A program made the position numbers and the translations under genes. Shown one piece after another: positions 49,629 through 59,352 of a stretch of 59,352 nt of DNA. The stretch spans positions 1-59,352 of the forward strand of contig NW_021832994.1 of NCBI RefSeq assembly GCF_006345805.1. The letters are read 5' to 3'. Within the stretch, counting starts at the first letter, position 1; each line of letters opens with the position of its first letter. This stretch comes from Octopus sinensis (lineage: Eukaryota). Below the pieces are notes generated by a model, which worked only from the letters and a program-made list of their open reading frames with translations, had not been told where the DNA came from and ran no database searches.

Positions 49629-49919
49629 ATATAATGTTATCATCATCATTATCATCATTATTTAATGTCCATTGTCCATACTGGCAAGGGTTGGACGGTT
49701 GTTATTTTAAAGTTCCTACACACGTTTCACCATTATGGTTGCTTGGAGCCCTGCGATAGATGTTTCAAATGCATTTAGATGCTCAAACATAACAAGACTT
49801 CAGGGAACACTGCATCGTATCAAGTTACAAATGGCTGTATAAGCCATAATGGGTAAATGTCAGTGGGGGGGGGCATTTATAATTTGAATATAAACTTGTG
49901 CTTATTGTTATTTTACAAC

Positions 49920-50130
49920 ATATTGTGGCACTCTCTCAGATGCGACGACAAGGGTTCCAGTTGATCCGATCAACAGAACAGCCTGCTCGTGAAATTAACG
50001 TGCAAGTGGCTGAGCACTCCACAGACACGTGTACCCTTAATGTAATTCTTGGGAGAGATTTAGCATGACACAGAGTGTGACAAGGCTGGCCCTTTGAAAT
50101 ACAGGTACTACTCATTTTTGCCAGCTATAC
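49920..50130 (+). repeat. Probable interspersed-repeat (SINE-like) fragment
   Basis: A CpG-containing non-microsatellite block that resembles SINE body sequence; no second copy in this window, so support is weak. Confidence 0.3.
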
Positions 50131-50990
50131 ACATATAAACACACATCCATACGCATGCGTGCGTGCGCACGCACACACACACACACGTCATAAGAATTTT
50201 ATAAAGTTTGGAGAGATCATGAAATACTTCTTCTTTGAAATTGCACATAACGCTATAAAATAATAAGCATATATAAATATTGGGTTGAAAGGTCCTTAAC
50301 CAAAAAGGCTTTCCAATCCAATATTTGCATATTATTATTTATAGCATTTGTGTTTTGAGAACCTATTCCCAAAACGAATTTTATATATACGCACATATTC
50401 ACATATGCACTGGTGTAGCTATGTGATAAGAAATTTGCTTTTTCAATCATATGGTTCTTGGTTCAATCCCACTGCATGCCACCTTGAGCAAAATGTCTTC
50501 TACTGTAGCCCCAGGCAAAGAAAGCCTTGTGAATAGATTTAGCAGATAGAGACGAAATGCTGCTTTTGTATCAAGAATGAATTTGAGTCAAATACTGATG
50601 TGGGAATCAATACACAAAATAGTAACCTAAGAGTCATCCTGCCAGGACAGTTATTGACCAGCTGATTGAAGACTTTGGTCTACTGAAGAGCTACCTATCA
50701 AAACTGATGCAGGAGAGGCAATCTTGAAGACAAGTGGTTGATAGTGTTCATCTGTAGACAACATAGCAGCAACAGCAACAGCAGCAGCAGTAGGGATTCC
50801 TGTTTACATTATCACTTGAACAATTCCTTGGGTCACTTTACCTTTTTCCTTTCTAAAATTAGATCAGAACTGTTCGGATAAAATATTAGTTAACTGTAAT
50901 AATTGATTAAATTAATAGTACCCTGTAAATCTAATTCATTGTGTCTCTCGTTAGAATACATTGTTTTTGAATCTTTGTACATACATTTAT

Positions 50991-51208
50991 CCCTTTAGCA
51001 TTTAAATTGGTTTTATCCAGCATGAATATTCTTCCTGTATTATATTCAAACTAGCCTGATCTGGAATCTTATACCTACCCTTTCAAAGTCATTCTAAACA
51101 TATACAATGCTATCATCAAAATTTCAGAGCTATGAAATAATATATGTTTTATTTTAAATATGAATAAATAATTGTTACATTTGACAAAATAAGCTGAATG
51201 TTGAAGGC
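50991..51208. mobile_element. Degenerate piggyBac-like MITE
   Basis: TIRs CCCTTTAGCATT and GCCTTCAACATT (9/12); both flanks read TTAT. Confidence 0.4.
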
Positions 51209-51328
51209 TTATCATCTGCTGTTCTATACATTTTGTTTGAAACATTTTTGTATATCGGACTATCATCATATAGATTGCAGTAACAGAGCAATGGGTTCAT
51301 CATTATTTATTTATTTGTGTCTTTTCAG

Positions 51329-51453
51329 GGATGCACTTATTGTCCCTATGATCAATTGTGCTACAAGTATCTTCGCAGGTTTTGTCATCTTCTCAGTTCT
51401 TGGATTTATGGCTTTTGAAACTGGTGTTAGTGTTGATAATGTTGTTAGACAAG
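51329..51453 (+). CDS. SLC6 transporter coding exon 7 (TM7)
   Basis: TTTTCAG acceptor; (K)[41 protein letters not shown](G); donor GTAAGC at 51454, phase 1. Confidence 0.95.
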
Positions 51454-53194
51454 GTAAGCAGTTATTTTCTATTCTAAATTTTAAATTACTATTTGATCTT
51501 ACAAATACAACAAAATATCAACTATGTGGTTTAAAATAGCGTTCTGTATACCTACTTTATGTGGATATACTAGAGACAGCCACAGAACTGTGGTATTTGT
51601 CATGAGACAGAATCTCATGTAAATGTGTACTACTAAACAGCCTGATAATGTTCAAAGTAGCAAAAATCTAGGCTCAGCAATTCCACCACTGCTGCTTTTT
51701 TGTCTGCTAATGATACCCCTCTGTGCTATTTAGTATCGTAAGTCTATAAGAGATATCATCTTAAGGCTGCAACTTTCTGGCTGTCTACAGTATATCCATG
51801 TCAAGTTAGGTAAGACATACAGAAAGCTGTTTTGAAGTTGTACTACTACTGTCATTAATAACAAATTTTTCGAGATTTAAAATTTTGGTAATGTATGTAT
51901 AATGCTTTGTCCTTCACAAAAGTATGAGATAATTTGATGATTTCACATTGAAACAAAGGAAAAAGAAAAGAAAATTTTTGCTGCAATTAAATTTTGATGA
52001 TGATGAAGGAATGATGTTATATATGTAAATGCATTTTGTCTAGAGTGCCATGTTTGGAAGTGTAATGCTTTATCCATCCAGGTTGAACCTAATGCCCAGG
52101 ACCAATGTAATTCTTCAATGCCAAATATCCCAACCAAGTTATGCGACATGAATGTCTGGCTTGGGTTTCTGTTACATTGGTCTTTTCTGTTACATTGGTC
52201 TTTTGCTAGCTGAAATATCTTGTTTGCTCACACCATGACTACAGATCCTGGCCATTAACAGCTTCTCCACTTGCACAGCATCTGGTGATATTTGTCATTG
52301 ATTCAGTAGGTTTATTTGCTGAAATAGTTTATATCCACCATGCTACAGCATCCTACTGGGTTCAATGTTCCTTGGCTCAGGTGGTTACATGCTATTTAAT
52401 CCATATTACTCCAGCTATTTTACTCCAGATCAGAGTAGACCTGGGAACAATAGAAACCAAGAGGTGGTTTCACACTCCTCAAAATCCTTGAACCAGGGAC
52501 CTACTGCTGGATGCTGTTCAAAAATCATCCAGGGAGAATGCTATGTAGAGCAACATTGATATTTGCATTGAATGCATTGGAAACAAACATTTGTTCCTTT
52601 TGTTTAAGATACTTTGTTCTTTATTATACTCTCATTAAATTAACTCCATCTATCTATCTTCTCTGCTCCCTATTCTTTGGAGGTTTGTGTGAGTAGGTTC
52701 CTCAGACACCTTCCTTTATAGGGCCCTTATCACAAACCACTGTCATTAGACTTTCTGGCTGGTTTCCCTTGTAAGACCAACTGAAACTATCAATACTATC
52801 CAACTTCTCATTCTTGATCCACCCCTACATCCCCTGCCCAGTTAGCTTGCTAGAAGAATCCACTTTCCAATTCTTTCCTGCAACATTCTAATCATGCCTG
52901 TAATACCAGGGCTGTGACTTATCAATGTAGACAGGCAATGGCTCAACTTGGAGAGACACCCTAATCTCCAGGTTACACACCCTGTTTAACTATATTAATC
53001 TAGAGACCCTTCAGAGGAACCCCATTTTAGCTGCTTGTATTCATGATTCCACTCTTTTGCTCATTACCCAACATTCATGACCATAGGTGCACAATATTCT
53101 GAATTGAAGACAGCAAGTTTGGCTTTTTAAGCAACCTCTTCTGAGGATTAAATGTGGGAGCTGACAGATTACTAACTCTAATTATTCTTTACAG

Positions 53195-53307
53195 GTCCTG
53201 GCCTGACCTTTGTTGCATATCCCGAAGCTCTTTCTCGGTTACCTATATCCTCGCTATGGGCTGTGCTATTCTTCTTGATGCTTTTTATAATTGGTCTTGA
53301 TAGCCAG
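53195..53307 (+). CDS. SLC6 transporter coding exon 8 (EL4, TM8); gene continues beyond the window
   Basis: TTTACAG acceptor; (G)[37 protein letters not shown]; donor GTAAGA at 53308. No TM9-12 exons recognised before 59352. Confidence 0.95.
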
Positions 53308-53570
53308 GTAAGAATTGTGTACCATTAAATTTTTAAAAAACACATCAATAACCGTTTATAACTTGTTCAAAGGGAGCACGGATATTCTGTAGTTGTGAAA
53401 TTTTTGACAGGTAAATCAATTTCTGCTGCAAGGAAAGAGAAAAAATGTAATGATGATTTTAATTGAAATTAAATTGGTGATTTGAAGAAATAATCAAATA
53501 GTTTGTAGTGTTCTGATGAGTAATATTTATGTTAAAAATGAAATAAAATACAATATATTTATATATATAC

Positions 53571-53725
53571 AGGTGTAGCTCAGTGATAAGTATTTTGCTT
53601 CTCAACAACATGGTTCCAGGTTCAGTCCCACTGCATGATATCTTGGGCAAGTGGCCTCTACTACAGCCTCAGTGCAACCAAAGCATTGCAAGTAGATTTG
53701 TTAGACAGAAACAGAAAGAAGCATG

Positions 53726-53767
<42 letters not shown>

Positions 53768-53990
53768 ATAGATATACATACCTATGTGTGTGTTTCTTTG
53801 TGTTTATCCCCTGTCACCACTTGACAATGAGTGTCAGTTTGTTTACATCCTCAAACTTACTTGACAAACTTAGTTGGCAAAAGGGTTAGATCAAATAAGC
53901 ATTAAAACTCTAAAAAAATTTAATTAAAACCTTTCAATGCAATGCCTTAGCATAGCTGTTATCCAATGACTGAAACAAATAAAACTAAAA
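53571..53990 (+). mobile_element. SINE family 1 copy in SLC6 intron 8; further intragenic copies at about 40701-40868, 42695-43020, 46116-46280 and 50412-50552
   Basis: Same box A/box B head (TAGCTCAGTG..GGTTCAGTCC), body and tail as 5945-6328. Confidence 0.72.
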
Positions 53991-54021
53991 GATATATATG
54001 TATATATATATATAATATATA

Positions 54022-54056
<35 letters not shown>

Positions 54057-54447
54057 ATGTTAATAATGGGTAAGGATTAATTCAAGATGAATTTGATGAG
54101 AAGATTTGAGGGTTCAAATACAATATAATAATAATTAGTCTTCAAAATATTGTCTTTCTAAACATTTTACTAAACACAGTTCTTCAGTTTCCAAAGTGCA
54201 CTATTAGACTTTAGAAAAAATCTGCAATCATTATAAAACAAGGCATTGTATCTATCTCAGTGATTTACAGTAAATTAAGCTGTAAATTACTAAATTCCAT
54301 GCTCTCTTTGTAGTATTTTTAATTCATTTTGCTGTGTATATAAAGCTAACCTTAATTTTTTTTCTCACATTTTCTTTAAATGGATAGTATATTATTTCAA
54401 AATTCTAGGCCATTTATGATTATATATATATGTATATATGTTGTATT

Positions 54448-54511
<64 letters not shown>

Positions 54512-56725
54512 GCATATATATGTGTATATATATATATGCACATATAATAAGATTATACATATACATATGTGCATATATATGTGCATATATGTATAAATGC
54601 ATATATATATACATACATATATATGTGGTGTGTGTGTGTGTGGTGTATGCATATGTGCATATTTATATATGTATAATATATAATATATATAATATGCATT
54701 TAATGTTTTTCTTTAGGGATTTTTACTTACCCTGTTTACAAAACCTTCCTTATTCTTTTATTATACACATTTTGAGATGTTTTGAATTACCTTTTTTTTT
54801 TCATTTTGTATTTTTATTGAAATTGGGGGGGAAAAAAACTAAGATTTTTTTTTAACCTATTGAACTTACCTTTTTTTTTCTTCGTAAATAAATTTCAAAT
54901 ATTATTGAATGTAAAGTTTTAATATATATTTAAAATTTATCTTGGTATGCACAAAATTGTTTTGTTTTTTTTTTTTTTGAAATTAAAATTGTATCAAAAT
55001 TCATATATATATATATACATTTTTTTTTTTTGCTCTGTTGTTTTAATATTATCTGCATATATTTATTGTATATTCATGTATTTTGTTTTATTATCTGTCT
55101 GAAAAAAATAATAGGCAAGAGAAGTTGAATTTCTTAAATTGGGTTCTCTCACACATTTCAAATGTTAATTATTATAAATAAATATTTAAAAAAATGAATA
55201 AATTTAAATATATATATATATATATGTGTATTATTTAATAACAGTTTGACTCAGCTCTATAAGAGTTAAAGTCTTGTGTGCATGTCAGATGAACCCATCT
55301 CATCTGTTATTTAAAGAAGTGCAATAGGATTTGTGACAAATTCATGAAGGTTTCTAGACGTTGGTCAGCTCAGGTCATGTGGTATTATTGCTGTAAAAGC
55401 AATGTCAGTCCCTTCTGTTATTTTTAAACCCATCTGCTTGGACAGGAAGTTGGCAAGGATGTGTGTGCCACTGTGTCTGCAAGCTGTTGTGTAGTGTGCT
55501 TAGCAGCATCTGGTCATTGCATTTGATACTACATGTATTAACAATAATGCCACATAACCTTAACTGACCAATGGAGGCCTAAAATCTTGAAGCCATCTTG
55601 AATTTGACTCAAATCCTGTTACACTTCATTAGATATTTGATGAGATGGATTCATCCTGCAAGCCCATGAAACGTAGTCATATGGAGCTGAGTCAAACTGT
55701 CATCAAATAATATACGTAACTCCTATCAAATGTGTTGAGTGCCACTTTCTTTCATTTGTCCACTCACCCATTATATATATATGTATATGTATATATATAT
55801 ATGTATATGTATATATATATGTATATGTATATATATATGTATATGTATTATATTATAACACATACATATTTGGGTGTGCAAACAGATATGAATACTCAAT
55901 GCATTATAACAATGTGTTTATTTAAGCTTTGGATGTTTATACTCTTTTTCTAATTTCAGCCAGTGGGCTGTGGCCATGCTGGGGCACTGCAGTTTTATAT
56001 TATTAATTTCTTTTGACTATGCCTAAGGCTACATCTTGTAGGTGAGGGATTTAATCTATTGAGTCAACCAAACATATTACTGGTATTTATTTTCAGGAGG
56101 CCATTTGCCCATCACAAAGGCAATGAATATGAAGACAACTATGTCAAGTAAAAATGGTTTTGGACTCAGGTAAAATATAGTGGGAAAGAGAGAAAAACAA
56201 AAAGAACAAGCAAAAAAATAAACATATACTGCACTAATATTTTGGTTGTATTAGAAATCCTGAGAAACAGCTCTAATCACAATTATTATTATATAGGTTG
56301 TTGTTACTTTATCTCATAAAAGCTGTTCCAAGTCTCCACCAAAGACCTCAAATAACAGCAAGTTGGACGTTTCACTATGGGCGTTATTTATGGCTAGCAA
56401 TAATGTATTGTAAAGAAAAGAGGCCAGATCCTGAGAACTAAGATTCTGTTAAATTTCTAATATTTCAGTTTTGCTAGAGTTTTAAGAGAATCATTTTTGA
56501 CAATGTCTTTCTTAAAATGTGGGCAGTATCCATGAGAGCAATATTTTGTAGTTCTGATATTTTTGGGTTTCCTGGTATTTAGCAATATATATTCAAGAGT
56601 ACCATGTGATATTATCCCCAAAGCTATAATGATCACAGGTACCACTGTCGTCCTTTGATGCTACATTTTTGAGACATCTGTTTCAAAGTCCTTATATTTA
56701 ATTATTATTATTTTATTTATTATTA

Positions 56726-56760
<35 letters not shown>

Positions 56761-56782
56761 TATTATCATTATCTATTATAAA

Positions 56783-56990
56783 GGTGGTGAGGTGGCAGAA
56801 TCGTTAGCATGCTGGCCAAAATGCTTAGTGGCATTTCTTCCAACTTCACATTCTGAGTTCAAATTCCGCCAAGGTTGACTTTGCCTTTCATCCTCTTGGG
56901 GTCGATAAAATAAGTACCAGTTGAGGACTGGGGTCGACATAATTGACTTACCCCCTCCCTTGAGAATGCTGGCATTGTGCTATTATTATT
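56783..56990 (+). mobile_element. tRNA-derived SINE family 2 with (ATT)n tail; other copies at about 24300-24500, 24548-24720, 24748-24980, 26575-26682 plus 29429-29535 (split by the LTR element), 29595-29810 and 29826-29875
   Basis: Head GGTGAGGTGGCAGAATCGTTAGCA...GAGTTCAAATTCC (box B) and body GACTTTGCCTTTCATCC..GGGGTCGATAAAATAAGTACCAG, followed by ATT repeats. Confidence 0.72.
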
Positions 56991-57036
56991 ATTATTGATA
57001 TTATTATTATTATCATCATCATCATCATTATTATTA

Positions 57037-57085
<49 letters not shown>

Positions 57086-57218
57086 TATTATTACTATTAT
57101 TATTGGAACTGTAAATATAGAGGATTTCATTTGATTTGGTAACTCAGAAAATATGTCTGAAATTATAAAATGTTTGTGTTATACATACATACATATATAT
57201 ACACACACACAAACATAC

Positions 57219-57251
<33 letters not shown>

Positions 57252-58754
57252 TACATATACATACATATATATATATGTACACACACACACACACACACAA
57301 GATTTAAATGTGAGCTACTATTAATTTGATATCTCAGGAATTACAATGGTCAGCCAAGCTTCTATAGCACGCTGTGTATATTCAGACAATCATTCAAATT
57401 CAAATATATATATATACACACATGCACACACACACACACATGTACATATGTTGATGAGTCACATGTGTCATAACAAAAGAAGTACTCCTGAATATCATTG
57501 GAAATAGAGGACTGAATTATTAAATAGCACGAGCATTGAACACTTACATTTAGGACTTTGAGTTTCACAACAGCAACTCAATACTTACTGCCATTCATCA
57601 GCACTTTGCATGTTTAATGCAGAAGAAAACACTTTCAAATGGGAGAGCATCTACTTCTTGTTAGAAAAAGCAAATAAATATCTCTCTGTTTTAAAGACAA
57701 GTTTTGTTGCCAACAGTGTTTTCTCCTGTATTAATTGTGCATTATACTTGCTACGGGTGATGAATGGTAGCAGGCGTTGCTTTACTGTTGAAAAACTCAG
57801 GGTTATGAATTTGATACCTTTGTCATTTAATAAATTTACTTGTGTATTTCCAATGATTTTGAGGTCTAATAATTCTTTTGTTATTACACACATCTTTTGT
57901 CACTTAATATGTGTGTATATATATATATAATCATCATCATCAACATCAACATCATCATCATCATTTATTGTCTACTTACCATGCTAGCAAGGGTTAGATT
58001 CTTTGACAGGATCTGGCATGCTGCAAGGCAATGCTGAGCTCTAATATTAGTTTTGACATGGTTTCTGTGTTTGGACAGCCTTCTTGGTGCCAACTTTTGT
58101 ACAGAATACACAAGGTGTTTTTATGTGGCAACAGCACAAGTGAGAAAGCCTTGTAACTTGCAAGACAGAAAAAGAAAAGGGTAAAATGAAAAGGAACTAT
58201 CTCCTACAGCTATGAAGGGAGTCATTCAGAGGAGAAGGTGGAAATGGATTGATTTATGCCTAGGGTTGAAAGGCTAACAAATAATGATGGCGGTGGAGGT
58301 AAAAATAGTGAGTGATGAACAAGGGTGGAGATGTAGTTGAAGGGAAATACTAGTATACGTGTACGCGTGTACACACACACACATACATATTGCTTAGGTA
58401 TAGTGAGACAAATACACTGGTGTAGAACTCAATATGAGTCTGGTCCAGAACACAATGAAATAGAAAACAGAAAGAGATGATACCAGAGATACAAAAGTTT
58501 GTTGCATGAACTTCATTAGTTTTTACCGCTGTTTCTGCTATATAAGGTGCAGTGGACTCTTTGTTGAGTATCAGAAAAACATCCTATAGGCTTCATCAGA
58601 GCCTTTAATGTGAAGTGCACGTCATTGGGGAAATAGGTGTGTGTGTGTGTATATATATACATAATATATATATACATATGTGTGTGTATGTATGTATATA
58701 TGTATGTTATATATATATATATTATATATATATATAATATATATATATATATAC

Positions 58755-58802
<48 letters not shown>

Positions 58803-59352
58803 TATATATTTATAATTTTTGGATTTGGTTTGCAAGATTCTTTATGTGAGTTCGTGTGTTGAAGCAGATTCTGTTGTTTATGGGGAGAGTCATTTTTCTT
58901 TTGTTGCATCTGCAACCTTTTCAATAGTCTTGAGAGTCAAGACCATTGAAAAGGTTGCAAGATGCAACGAAAATTTTAGGAAAATGAAAATAAGAAATAA
59001 GTGGAAATTTTACTGGTGAGTGTGTTACATTATAAGGCACAAAAAGAAAATGACTCTCCCCAGACACAACAATATACCCTTTTACTCATTTCAGCCATAT
59101 GCGGCTGCGGTCATGCTGGAGCACCACCATGGTCTTTCTGTCTTCCTCAGGCTGGGTTTTTCACATCACCACTCCTGTATGTACCTTTTTCCCAGATTTT
59201 GGTATATTTACTGTATAAAGGAGTTTGATTCCGCTACCCTGATCTGTATGTCATGTTGGGCGCTGTTGGTGGAGAGGAGGAAGTCTAGTTCCTTATTGAA
59301 GACATCTACACTCACCTTATGCAAATTTCTTAATTTTCGTGGCAGGGCATTG

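Noticed and set aside
53308-59352. Remaining SLC6 exons (TM9-TM12)
   Set aside because: No acceptor followed by a recognisable F(G/A)xxE-type continuation was found; presumed beyond the window.

Overview
AT-rich, microsatellite-saturated animal genomic DNA. The repeat landscape looks cephalopod (Octopus-like), which is inference and not verified. One host gene is supported: a plus-strand SLC6 (NSS) Na+/Cl--dependent amino-acid transporter, GlyT1-like in its substrate pocket. Eight coding exons (37336-53307) cover TM1-TM8, and the gene runs off the window. Exon 2 carries a 1-bp deletion; restoring one base gives exactly 1200 nt (400 codons) with all seven GT-AG introns in consistent phase. The rest is repeat-derived: a complete 2.75-kb non-autonomous LTR element (TG..CA LTRs, tRNA-Trp PBS, PPT, 4-bp TSD), a full-length decayed mariner, RTE and R4/Dong-type LINE remnants, a Penelope-like RT remnant, hAT and piggyBac MITEs, two tRNA-derived SINE families and a 100-bp minisatellite with higher-order structure. 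The most interesting signal is a set of about eight type-I hammerhead-ribozyme-like motifs from several Penelope/retrozyme-like families. The best one (42048-42146) has all three stems and a GUC site and lies on the sense strand of SLC6 intron 2. Others show recurrent U4C or compensatory U3-A8 core variants. All alignments and folds were done by eye; no searches or folding programs were run.
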